Of a stretch of DNA of 37,783 bases, positions 1 to 8,109 are shown piece by piece; position 1 is the stretch's first letter, and each line of letters begins with the position of its first letter. The position numbers and the translations under genes were made by a program. The DNA is from a virus. Lineage: Duplodnaviria; Caudoviricetes. Below the pieces are notes generated by a model that did no database searches, was not told where the DNA came from, and saw only the letters and a program-made list of their open reading frames with translations. The stretch spans positions 1-37,783 of the IMG/VR virus record IMGVR_UViG_3300048851_000198. One strand, written 5' to 3'.

Positions 1-270
1 ATGGAAATTATCGCTTTCGAGGAAGAAGCCTTTTACAAAATGATTGCGGCAGTTGTTGCGCGAATCAAGGCGGAGCATGGCGTCAAGGAGGACAAATGGA
101 TTAGCGGTGCCGAGGCTATGCAGAAACTCCGCATTACCAGTCCTACGACCTTGCAGAAGCTTCGAGACACTGGAGCGATCCGTTTTAGCCAGCCTGAAAA
201 GAAGATGATCCTGTATGATTCCGACAGCATAAACGCATACCTGGAGAAACACGCTAAAAACCCTTTCTGA
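1..270 (+). CDS. Helix-turn-helix excisionase-like protein (HTH_17 type) of Bacteroidota integrative elements
   Basis: KWISGAEAMQKLRITSPTTLQKLRDTGAIRFSQPEKKMILYD matches the recognisable Bacteroidota Xis-like HTH pattern. Confidence 0.85.
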   Translation: MEIIAFEEEAFYKMIAAVVARIKAEHGVKEDKWISGAEAMQKLRITSPTTLQKLRDTGAIRFSQPEKKMILYDSDSINAYLEKHAKNPF

Positions 271-920
271 TGGGCGACGATGAGTATAAGGGCGAAGATG
301 AGCGGATCGAGGCCGCCATGCACCAGCAGGAGTTAGATCGGCGCGGCCCTATGACTGAATCCGAATACAAACTTTACTACGAGAAGATGGCAATAGATGA
401 AATGAATGATCGTCACGGAAAGGAATTGCGTGAGTTCTACGAAAGGAAAGCCGAAGAAAAGGCCCGATTACAGAAGGAGAATGCCAATGAAGAACAGCTT
501 TCCAAGCATGAGGAAGATTGGTCAAAGCAATATTCAGAGCTTGTTAACAATACTTACAACGAAGAAAAAGCAAGAACTGACGCCGAAGCACAGGAAAGAT
601 CGCAGCGGAAGGCCGTTGAAGATGTTATTCGGGAAGGTAAGGAAAATTCGGACTGGGTTGAAAACGGCGCTGATGAAAATGACCTTGAGACACAGCAAAT
701 GTCAGAGGATGACAGGCTTTATAAACAGGGCGTAGAGCATGGGTACTGGATATTCAAAGAGTCCCCTGGCACTTTTCAGGAATACCGCAAAGACCTGAAC
801 GAAAAAGCCGCCCCTATGTCTTACAGGGATGGGATGGACGAAGGCAGTAAACAGGCCACAAAAGAGAAATTTATTGAAAAATGGAAAAGCCCTGGAAAAG
901 ACAAAGATCACGAGCGATGA
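270..920 (+). CDS. Acidic hypothetical protein resembling Bacteroidota mobile-element proteins found downstream of the Xis-like gene
   Basis: TGATG coupling to the HTH gene; C-terminal YKQGVEHGY...YRDGMDEG...KDKDHER pattern. Confidence 0.6.
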   Translation: MGDDEYKGEDERIEAAMHQQELDRRGPMTESEYKLYYEKMAIDEMNDRHGKELREFYERKAEEKARLQKENANEEQLSKHEEDWSKQYSELVNNTYNEEKARTDAEAQERSQRKAVEDVIREGKENSDWVENGADENDLETQQMSEDDRLYKQGVEHGYWIFKESPGTFQEYRKDLNEKAAPMSYRDGMDEGSKQATKEKFIEKWKSPGKDKDHER

Positions 921-1267
921 AGGCCCATAATAATCCTGTGGCCCTCGTAATCGTCCCCTGATACGGCATAAAGCTTTTCCGCTAACTCCACAGCATCAAA
1001 TATACCTTTGCTTGCCAGATAGACCGTTTCGCCGCTTCTGGACGTATGCAATTCGCTGTGGTGGACGTGACAAAGTGGAATTGCGTTTTTGTCGTCAGCT
1101 TTCATGCCCATGCCTCGGACCACGTTTCTCATAAGGTGGTGAGCTATGATCGTCTCATCTTCTATACAGCAACAGGCGCACGGCAATGTTGCGAGCCAGC
1201 GCAGGTGAGGCTTATCGGTCATGCGGTTGCTGGACTTTTTACGCGGTCCTTGCTTCGGAAACATCAT
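908..1267 (-). CDS. DUF968/HNH-like Zn-binding phage nuclease
   Basis: HLRWLATLPCACC...AHH...GMGMKADD..AIPLCHVHHSELH. Confidence 0.85.
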   Translation of the reverse strand: MMFPKQGPRKKSSNRMTDKPHLRWLATLPCACCCIEDETIIAHHLMRNVVRGMGMKADDKNAIPLCHVHHSELHTSRSGETVYLASKGIFDAVELAEKLYAVSGDDYEGHRIIMGLHRS

Positions 1268-1647
1268 CTCTCAAACCCATACAGTTCAGGCAATGGTAGC
1301 TTAATCCCTGCCATTCCCGCAAGCACATGAGTATGGTCGATCAGCTTCCCGTAGTCCTTTATGCTCAATTCCTCCGACGAAATATCACGCTCGTAAACGA
1401 TCCCTTTTCTATCGGTGAAGCTCTTAGTCCCGAATACCTGACGCTTGATAATCGTTTTCAGTTCTATCAAGCTGTAACCAGTACCCTCGCAAAGCACACT
1501 GATGCATTTATGCCAGTATCGTCTCTGCGGAGGGGTCTTAGTCTTTGGCTTTATAACAACTTCCCATTTGTCCAGTTCAAGGCCAGCAACCGCAACAAGG
1601 CAATTAGCCTTTACCTGATCTGAAATGATTAGGAAGGTATGGTCCAT
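1264..1647 (-). CDS. NinB/YbcN-like recombination protein
   Basis: VVIKPKTKTPPQRRYWH...SSEELSIKDYGKLID pattern; lies in the recombination operon. Confidence 0.65.
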   Translation of the reverse strand: MDHTFLIISDQVKANCLVAVAGLELDKWEVVIKPKTKTPPQRRYWHKCISVLCEGTGYSLIELKTIIKRQVFGTKSFTDRKGIVYERDISSEELSIKDYGKLIDHTHVLAGMAGIKLPLPELYGFER

Positions 1648-2135
1648 TATCGAATTACAAGAAAGCTATCGCCACGCTTGAAGGACGCATAATTTAATTC
1701 TTTGCCAGCTTCAAGGTCTTTCTTAAGCGCGGCAGTGTCGGCGGCATATTCTACCTTCCTGTATTGTTCAGGCAATTCCTCCGCAGAGCAGTTCAGCTTT
1801 ACGCTTAAGCGCCCTTGCTGGATGCTGGCGTTACCTGCTACCGTCTTAATGGGTTTTCCCGCCATTTGAACAAGCGTGTAAATACCAGCTTTATAATATT
1901 CTTCCTGCTTATCGAACGCCCTTGCCCGTTCCGTATAAATTCTGGCAAGCGATGTCACGGCTTCGGCATTGGCTTTGTTTTCACGGGATTTACGAATGAA
2001 GTAATCGGCCCAATCTTCAAGAGACCTATCAATTGCGGTAAAGGCTTCCTCATCGTCCTCAAATATCTCCCCAAACTGATCCCCAATTTTATCGTGCCGA
2101 TTACGGATTGCGTCAAGTAATTCTTGGTATCTCAT
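1647..2135 (-). CDS. Siphovirus Gp157 family protein
   Basis: Coiled-coil N-terminus; C-terminal ELPEQY..ADTAALKKDLEAG..ASF...LVIR. Confidence 0.8.
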   Translation of the reverse strand: MRYQELLDAIRNRHDKIGDQFGEIFEDDEEAFTAIDRSLEDWADYFIRKSRENKANAEAVTSLARIYTERARAFDKQEEYYKAGIYTLVQMAGKPIKTVAGNASIQQGRLSVKLNCSAEELPEQYRKVEYAADTAALKKDLEAGKELNYASFKRGDSFLVIR

Positions 2136-2144
2136 AACGTTCCC

Positions 2145-3074
2145 CTAAAACATTCTGTCTATGATTTCGACCAGATAGGCTGTATTTACCTTTTCAGGGT
2201 CTTTGTCTTTGAGTTTGGCGACCACTTCAACAAAATAAGCGACATCCACTCCAGTCAACTGATCTTCTAAAACCTTATGATCTGTTAAGTCCAGTTCAGA
2301 TATTTGCATCACCATTTTAAGAATTTGTCCGGCATTGATCTGCCAGCCCCGTCTAATAAACTTGCGCATACGAAAAACAGAACACAAAGGATATTTGCTT
2401 CCGACATAGCGTAGCTCTTTAGCGAGGATAGCTTCTAGGGCTTCCTGATGAAGCGTTACCTTGTTCTCCCAAGAAGTCCAGTAATTCGTGCAATGCACAT
2501 AATCATAGTTCTTGTGAATTTCCTCCGCATCACCATAAAAGCGCAAAATAATTTGAACCTGATGGGAAAGGGTAATTGCATTAGTGGACATGAAAACAGG
2601 ACGGTATTTTTCGCCATCGTCAATCTTCAAAGCGTCCAATTCGGTTTGCTGATAGGCATCCTCTATAGCACCTGGATCTTGCATTACTTCGCTTACATAG
2701 CCAGACGCATCACCGCCACCTTCAACGTATTCATAGTCTTTGTTAGTGCCTTCCTCGCTTGCGATACCTGCACTTTTGATTACGACTTTAATGCGCTCGC
2801 CCTCTTCTTGCACAGTAATGCCGCACTCGATACCCTTTTTGTTTTTTGGCTTAAAACGCTCCACATAATACTTGGCAACTGCTGAAGTAGTTTCTCGGTT
2901 TCGGAAATAAAGATCATAGTCGTTTACATCTTCATTCAAAAGCATAGAGACAATTGAACCGCCAGTAATAATAGTGTTCTTTTCTACCAACTGTCTGACG
3001 TTTTCATCTTCAATGGAACTTACAAAGTCATTAAACTTTTTAGACATAATAGCATTGATTGTTTTACGTTTCAT
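2145..3074 (-). CDS. Phage nucleotidyltransferase (Pol-beta superfamily)
   Basis: ITGGSIVSMLLNEDVNDYDLYF (hG[GS]..DxD), YDYVHC, RMRKFIRRGW. Confidence 0.8.
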   Translation of the reverse strand: MKRKTINAIMSKKFNDFVSSIEDENVRQLVEKNTIITGGSIVSMLLNEDVNDYDLYFRNRETTSAVAKYYVERFKPKNKKGIECGITVQEEGERIKVVIKSAGIASEEGTNKDYEYVEGGGDASGYVSEVMQDPGAIEDAYQQTELDALKIDDGEKYRPVFMSTNAITLSHQVQIILRFYGDAEEIHKNYDYVHCTNYWTSWENKVTLHQEALEAILAKELRYVGSKYPLCSVFRMRKFIRRGWQINAGQILKMVMQISELDLTDHKVLEDQLTGVDVAYFVEVVAKLKDKDPEKVNTAYLVEIIDRMF

Positions 3075-3406
3075 TATGCCACCCCGATAACTGATAACAG
3101 CGGAACAAGCAGAGCAATTACCCAGCTAAACGGGATTTTATCATCCAAATCTTCTGCAAAGCTCGTGGCACCACTAGGCGCTTGTGCATCGCGGCGGCGT
3201 CCTTCGGCATTGCTTACAGGCTTTGCATTCTTCGGCTTCACCGATCCGCGAAACGCTGGGCCATTGCCATCGTTAGCCCACATGTTGATCCAGTATTCCT
3301 TACCGTCAACGTTAAGCGTACCGTTAAAGTCGGCGTGAGTTTGCTCTGTCTTGCGGTCATTAGTGAATACGGCGAATTTGTTGGTGTTGTCGTATGTTTT
3401 GGTCAT
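3074..3406 (-). CDS. Single-stranded DNA-binding protein-like, with hydrophobic C-terminal extension
   Basis: FTNDRK...ADFNGTLNVDGKEYWINMW core; acidic DDKIPF motif; near the annealing protein gene. Confidence 0.7.
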   Translation of the reverse strand: MTKTYDNTNKFAVFTNDRKTEQTHADFNGTLNVDGKEYWINMWANDGNGPAFRGSVKPKNAKPVSNAEGRRRDAQAPSGATSFAEDLDDKIPFSWVIALLVPLLSVIGVA

Positions 3407-3409
3407 GGA

Positions 3410-3526
3410 TTATCCCACACTTTCTTGCGCTAGGTTCAAATGAGCCTCAATGAAGCCGATAGATTGCTCCAGGGTGTAATGTCCATCCCGAAAAGCAGTT
3501 AGAATTGTCTCAATAGACGGTATCAT
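3410..3526 (-). CDS. Small hypothetical protein (38 aa, MIPSIETILTAFRDG...), not in the ORF track
   Basis: TAATG coupling with the upstream gene, SD AGGAG, fills the operon gap. Confidence 0.55.
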   Translation of the reverse strand: MIPSIETILTAFRDGHYTLEQSIGFIEAHLNLAQESVG

Positions 3527-4209
3527 TATTTATTCTCCTGTTGTGTTAATTGTGCTTTACGTTCGTTATATGCCTTAGTCAAACCCACTCTTGCAGGCTC
3601 GTCACCTTTAGCAAGCGTCCATGCGGCGGCAAACAGGTCTTGCAGTTCTTTTAAGTCCTTGGCGGCAGGAATGGCTAGGCGGTAGAAGTTATATTCTTCG
3701 TTATTCACAAGATCGACTTTCTCTGGCTTGGGTTGAGCGGGAACAGGCGCGGTGTATTTATCACCATCAAATTGACCCATATGCACGTCAGCAGACATAC
3801 CGATATGTTTCATGGCATTCATAAGAGCGTCCGTAAACGCCTTCTTAAAGGCTTCATCGTCAGAGCGCAGGCCAGCAGATTGCTTTACGATAACGAAGTC
3901 GCCGCCAACTCCATAAACAAGTTCAGAGCGTGGCTCATCCAAAATACTATCAGAAGGTACGCCCGTCGCATGCCACAAGCCCACTGTGCAATAAACTAAC
4001 AACTGGCCCTCAGTACCGCTAACAGTTTGGTATTCTGGCTTGGTATATCCCCAGCCGATACCACAAGGCCCGAAAAGTTCAGTCATTTTTTGGATAGCAT
4101 ACATCGGTTTAATCGCATCGCCCGAAAACCCGCCAGCCCGTTTAAACTTCTTTGTGTGCTTTGGATCAGTAACGCCAAGCACCTTCCATACTTTCATGTT
4201 ATCGGTCAT
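3526..4209 (-). CDS. Rad52/Sak-like single-strand annealing protein
   Basis: TDPKHTK...MTELFGPCGIGWG...DDEAFKKAFTDAL...IGMSADVHMG. Confidence 0.8.
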   Translation of the reverse strand: MTDNMKVWKVLGVTDPKHTKKFKRAGGFSGDAIKPMYAIQKMTELFGPCGIGWGYTKPEYQTVSGTEGQLLVYCTVGLWHATGVPSDSILDEPRSELVYGVGGDFVIVKQSAGLRSDDEAFKKAFTDALMNAMKHIGMSADVHMGQFDGDKYTAPVPAQPKPEKVDLVNNEEYNFYRLAIPAAKDLKELQDLFAAAWTLAKGDEPARVGLTKAYNERKAQLTQQENK

Positions 4210-4403
4210 TGCGCCCTCCGCGCTGGTCTGTAAGAGTTGTTTTCGAGTACGATAGCACCCTCAGCAAGCAGTAATTCAACTGCATCAGGTACGAGTTCCG
4301 GCAAGCCAGACTTTGCGATCATTTGTTCCATCGTAAGTGTTGGGTAATGCAACACAAGGCGGTCTACTATACCGTTAGCGCAAGCCTGTAGGGGAGTGGT
4401 CAT
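4206..4403 (-). CDS. Small hypothetical protein, possibly winged-helix
   Basis: ATGA overlaps on both sides within the operon. Confidence 0.6.
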   Translation of the reverse strand: MTTPLQACANGIVDRLVLHYPTLTMEQMIAKSGLPELVPDAVELLLAEGAIVLENNSYRPARRAQ

Positions 4404-4717
4404 TTGCCACCTGCCTTTTCAAGAGCGTCGACGATTATTTTAGAGATACCCCAAAAATCAGAAGCTATTCGCGTGTCGCCATCTTCTAATACTTCCTTTG
4501 CTTTCTCCAACGCAGCAACAAGATCATCATGGCTATTACAGGCTCGAATAATAAACTTTGCATCTTCTTCACGCTCAATGCCTGGAGTAGAGTAATAATT
4601 AGTTGAGCAGATACATGTATCACCGGAATAAATAACCCAATCCTCATTCTCATAGTCATTCATATGCTCAGAATATTCGGTGCGCCAAGGCGTAGGTGTG
4701 TGTTTCGTATCGGTCAT
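4400..4717 (-). CDS. Phage hypothetical protein (HTPxPW...A..I..A.N..D.L family); start reassigned to 4717
   Basis: MTDTKHTPTPW...DAKFIIRACNSHDDLVAALE motif; TAATG coupling. Confidence 0.75.
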   Translation of the reverse strand: MTDTKHTPTPWRTEYSEHMNDYENEDWVIYSGDTCICSTNYYSTPGIEREEDAKFIIRACNSHDDLVAALEKAKEVLEDGDTRIASDFWGISKIIVDALEKAGGK

Positions 4718-4848
4718 TATTGCACCCCGAAAGCAGCGCCAGCCATAGGAATAAGCCAGCATACACCATAAGCCATGATAAGCAGCCATACGGCCATGGC
4801 AAAGCATTCCAGGAATGATTCTTCGGTATCAGATTGATTATTACGCAT
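4717..4848 (-). CDS. Small membrane protein (43 aa), first gene of the leftward operon
   Basis: SD GGAGG (4856-4860) upstream of ATG 4848; hydrophobic segment. Confidence 0.6.
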   Translation of the reverse strand: MRNNQSDTEESFLECFAMAVWLLIMAYGVCWLIPMAGAAFGVQ

Positions 4849-4883
4849 AGGAAATCCTCCGTTATGTGTGTTTGACAAGTACC

Positions 4884-4953
4884 ACCATAGCGACTGTATC
4901 AGGCAAGTCAAGAAAAATATTCATTGACTTTGAAAATAATTCATGCGAATAGT
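4884..4953. promoter_or_regulatory. Back-to-back divergent sigma70-type early promoters
   Basis: Minus strand: TTGACT(4911-4906)-N16-TATGGT. Plus strand: TTGACT(4924-4929)-N18-AATAGT. Confidence 0.7.
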
Positions 4954-4957
4954 TAAG

Positions 4958-5049
4958 CAGAGGTGAAAACCTTCGATGACGTTTCCCTCCCTTTCCGTCA
5001 TCAGGGGCGGTTGAGCGTGTGTTTGACGACTATGCTCCCGCCCTTTTTT
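4958..5049 (+). ncRNA. Putative three-hairpin sRNA/leader with a CCCUCCC loop, ending in an intrinsic terminator
   Basis: AGGT-GAAA-ACCT; GATGACG-(TTTCCCTCCCTTTC)-CGTCATC; GGGCGG..GAGC/GCTC.CCGCCC followed by T6. Confidence 0.6.
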
Positions 5050-5050
5050 C

Positions 5051-5377
5051 ATGAGGTTTCCAGTGCGATTAAAGGCCCGTATAGACGCGAATCAGCCAGC
5101 CGTAGTTAAGGCTTTCCGTGATCTTGGATACATAGTGGCTCACACACATCAATTAGGATCAGGCTTTCCAGATATAGTGATAAGCAAATTACTGCCAAGC
5201 AAACATCGTTTCACTGCCTGCATTGAAATCAAAGACGGACGCAAGCCTAAGAGCAGCCAAAAGCTTACTCCCGATGAGCAGGAATGGCACAAAGCCTGGC
5301 AAGGGGAATTAGCGATTATCACGAGCATAGACGATGTGCTAGTTTTTCACGATTACGTTATGAGGGAGTTCGGATGA
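5051..5377 (+). CDS. PD-(D/E)XK nuclease, VRR-NUC/Holliday-junction-resolvase-like (start may be GTG 5063)
   Basis: RIDANQ...GSGFPDIV...IEIKDG...KLTPDEQEWH. Confidence 0.85.
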   Translation: MRFPVRLKARIDANQPAVVKAFRDLGYIVAHTHQLGSGFPDIVISKLLPSKHRFTACIEIKDGRKPKSSQKLTPDEQEWHKAWQGELAIITSIDDVLVFHDYVMREFG

Positions 5378-5553
5378 AACAAATACTATACGGCAAGCTA
5401 TCAGCGCAGAACAACCGCAAGACTAGGCACCAGTGGGCAAAGCGTGACAACGCACCGCGAATCACCATGGAAACAGAGGACGACTGCGACCAGATCAACG
5501 CCTTATTGGTAGACCGTGGCTTTGATGATGTAAGGGATTTACAGGATAGGTGA
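5374..5553 (+). CDS. Small hypothetical protein (start 5374)
   Basis: ATGA overlap with the nuclease gene; SD GGGAG. Confidence 0.55.
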   Translation: MKQILYGKLSAQNNRKTRHQWAKRDNAPRITMETEDDCDQINALLVDRGFDDVRDLQDR

Positions 5554-5563
5554 AGTGCAGGCG

Positions 5564-6706
5564 TTATTCATTGACTTGCTCAACGGATATAAGAACATAT
5601 TTTGTTTTAGGAGTTTCTGAAACCTTCATCTCCTCAATGATTTCAGTGCAAACCAAACGATATGTAATGTTCTGAACGGTGATCCCTTCTAGGCTAACAT
5701 TTGGCCCACTTGTTCCGCTGTATTCTTTTTTATCCTCTGTATTATATATGCGCCAAGTTCCATGATTTGTATCGACCTGCTCAAAATAGCCTAAAAACTC
5801 CCTGACTTCCTCAGCTAATTCTTCTGCTGAGGCAAGAATACTGTTAATACGCTGCGCTTTGCTTTTATCAATATATGTGACATGAACTTCACGCTGATTC
5901 GGCGCATACCATTTGTGCTTGACCGTAACGTTAAGCGCAATTATTTTCAAAAGCAGATTCTTTAAACTGCTTATCGTGTGACCTTTCACTGATCTAAGGA
6001 CTTCGAGTATCTCTTGATCGTTTAGGTCATTACTTAACAATTCATCGAATTTCTTAAGCGCAATTTCGATTATTGAGCTTCCGTAAATGTCTACCTCGGC
6101 AGTTGAAAACAGGTGTATATTAAACGAGCCTTTGGAAGAAGCAAATGCCCGAAGCTTATAGTTGCTTGGATCGGAATAAGCAACCTTTTTAGGACTTTTT
6201 GATTGTGCTAACTTTTTCTTATAGCTGTTCTCAAGGGTCATCTGATAATATTTCAGAATGTCACCTAAATTTTCAGCAAACACACTATTGCTATCGTCTT
6301 CTTCTGAAACGGCGATGTGAACAATAGCATTATTCCTTTCTATTGATTCCTGAATAATTTGTTTATCGTCCGACTTTTTTGAAAGGAAGAACCCAGCATC
6401 AGGTAAATAGTCGAGTGGCAGTTCATTCTCTGTCAATAGTGTTGCTAAAACATCGTCTCCCGTATAGTCGAAGGTATAATAGTCCTTTATTTCTGGCTCG
6501 GAAAATATTCCCCTAAGGTCAACCCGTCCATTTATAAATCCGGCTAGTCGCTTGATGGATATTGGAGTAGATAGATAAATTGTTTCGGTCTCGTTAGCTT
6601 CAACCAGCAATGAAATGAATTTTGAACCTACCGCATTGTCGCACACCATGATCTGGGGAAGATCATAATAGAGCAAAATTTGCGATATGGTTAAGTACTG
6701 TTTCAT
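5564..6706 (-). CDS. DUF6575-like protein, second gene of an antisense two-gene cassette
   Basis: N-terminal LLYYDLPQI...RLAGFINGRVDLRGIF...YLPDAGFFL pattern; AT-rich; directly abuts the upstream gene. Confidence 0.65.
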   Translation of the reverse strand: MKQYLTISQILLYYDLPQIMVCDNAVGSKFISLLVEANETETIYLSTPISIKRLAGFINGRVDLRGIFSEPEIKDYYTFDYTGDDVLATLLTENELPLDYLPDAGFFLSKKSDDKQIIQESIERNNAIVHIAVSEEDDSNSVFAENLGDILKYYQMTLENSYKKKLAQSKSPKKVAYSDPSNYKLRAFASSKGSFNIHLFSTAEVDIYGSSIIEIALKKFDELLSNDLNDQEILEVLRSVKGHTISSLKNLLLKIIALNVTVKHKWYAPNQREVHVTYIDKSKAQRINSILASAEELAEEVREFLGYFEQVDTNHGTWRIYNTEDKKEYSGTSGPNVSLEGITVQNITYRLVCTEIIEEMKVSETPKTKYVLISVEQVNE

Positions 6707-7063
6707 TTATACGGTTATCATAAACTCAGCGCTTCTCCACCAGGAGTAATGGTTCGGTCCTGATGTTTTCTGGATTAAACCATCACCACTTTTCAAGTTG
6801 AGTTGCAAGATGAAATTTGTCTTTTTCTTGAAAGCGGGTAGCTTTGTTACATTCAATGTCGCTTCGTAATCATCATAAACGGACAAAGAACATGCTCGAC
6901 ACTCATCAACAGGATAGATTTTATCGGGATTTATCTTGCGGTGAGAATGTAGATCAGAGTCAGTTGCCGGATCAGATGCAGCTATTCTAAATACTGTATA
7001 GCCGTCAGTATCCACAGCTTCCTTTGGAGGACATTGATCTGGAAGCGGCTCGAACCAATTCAT
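6707..7063 (-). CDS. Small protein with possible ADP-ribosyltransferase/RES-like fold
   Basis: LPDQCPP...VFR...CSLSVY...HYSWW spacing resembles the ART R / S-x-S core. Confidence 0.5.
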   Translation of the reverse strand: MNWFEPLPDQCPPKEAVDTDGYTVFRIAASDPATDSDLHSHRKINPDKIYPVDECRACSLSVYDDYEATLNVTKLPAFKKKTNFILQLNLKSGDGLIQKTSGPNHYSWWRSAEFMITV

Positions 7064-7145
7064 TTAGTTATAATTCTCGTTTAAGGTTAATAAGGTCGCA
7101 ATAATAATCATTTAATACGATCAATTTCTCACCGCAAAAAGAATG

Positions 7146-7173
7146 TTGACATGCCATATCTGTCGTGCATAAT
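7146..7173 (+). promoter_or_regulatory. Sigma70-type promoter for the replication operon
   Basis: TTGACA-N16-CATAAT. Confidence 0.7.
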
Positions 7174-7180
7174 ACAATCA

Positions 7181-7240
7181 CGTAGGGCTTAGTTCGGAGT
7201 TGCTCCCGAATGACAGCCCCCTTGACCGGGTTGCCCTACG
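7181..7240 (+). ncRNA. C4-like cloverleaf antisense RNA, copy 1
   Basis: P1 CGTAGGGC/GCCCTACG; P2 TTCGG..CCGAA; P3 loop CCTTGACC complementary to GGTCAAG at 7261 and 7272. Confidence 0.75.
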
Positions 7241-7284
7241 TTCTCATTATGAGTTTAATCGGTCAAGAGTTGGTCAAGGTAAAA

Positions 7285-8109
7285 ATGGATTGGTTCCCGT
7301 GGTATCCCGAGCGGTACAAGAATAAGACGCTTCACCTTACGGCAGAACAGGATGGCATATATCGCCGCCTGATAGATCATTACATGGAAACGCGACTACC
7401 GCTTCCTGACAATGACTTTGCCCTTGCACGTATAGCGGGTGTGGATAATGCCTGCTTCAAGCAAGCTTCAAGCATCCTTAGAGCATTTTTCAAGCAGTCT
7501 GAAACTGGGATTTTGAACCATATTACCTGCGATGAGCTACTGGACGAGCAGGACCAGCTTGCCAAGTTCAGGACAGAACGCGCTCGCAAAGGCGCTGAGG
7601 CTAGGCACAAAAAGACTAATGAAATCAATAAAAACTCTGCTTCGAGCAAACAAGAAGCATTGCTTAAACCTGCTACAATAACAGTTAACAATAACAATAA
7701 CAAAATATCTAAAGATATAGATGCGCCTTTGGGCATAGCCGAAAACGTTTGGCAGGATTTTATTATCCACCGAAAAGCAAAAAAGGCCCCCCTTACGAAA
7801 ACAGTGGTCGATATCCTTTTACGGGAAGCGGCTAAGGCATCCATTACGCCAGCGGAAGCATTAGAATATACACTGATGCGCGGCTGGCAAAACTTTAACG
7901 CAACTTGGTTTGCAGAAGGAAAAAGAAATGTTAACAACAACGACCAATCAAAACTTACAGGACACGCAGCTTTGGGGGAAATCAACCGAAGAGCACTTGA
8001 ACGCGTTGAGCAAGATAGATTATCGGGGAAAGCTGCCCGCACTGCCCTCGACGATTACGACTTTGGAGAAACAGTGCCTCAAATATCTGGGGACGACCCT
8101 TTCCGCTAA
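7285..8109 (+). CDS. DUF1376/YdaU-family replication initiator (start reassigned to 7285)
   Basis: MDWFPWYPERY...TLHLTAEQDGIYRRLIDHY; C-terminal WQDFIIHRKAKKAPLT...RGWQNF. Confidence 0.85.
   Translation: MDWFPWYPERYKNKTLHLTAEQDGIYRRLIDHYMETRLPLPDNDFALARIAGVDNACFKQASSILRAFFKQSETGILNHITCDELLDEQDQLAKFRTERARKGAEARHKKTNEINKNSASSKQEALLKPATITVNNNNNKISKDIDAPLGIAENVWQDFIIHRKAKKAPLTKTVVDILLREAAKASITPAEALEYTLMRGWQNFNATWFAEGKRNVNNNDQSKLTGHAALGEINRRALERVEQDRLSGKAARTALDDYDFGETVPQISGDDPFR

Noticed and set aside
900-925. A single chimeric assembly join as the explanation for the Bacteroidota signal
   Set aside because: Bacteroidota-type signals recur in eight internal cassettes with tidy junctions; not fully excluded without reads.
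7380-8042. 220-aa minus-strand ORF and similar antisense ORFs (19125-19607, 19831-20301, 22151-22585, 24871-25452, 25768-26730 and others)
   Set aside because: Shadow frames opposite well-supported genes, with no expression signals.
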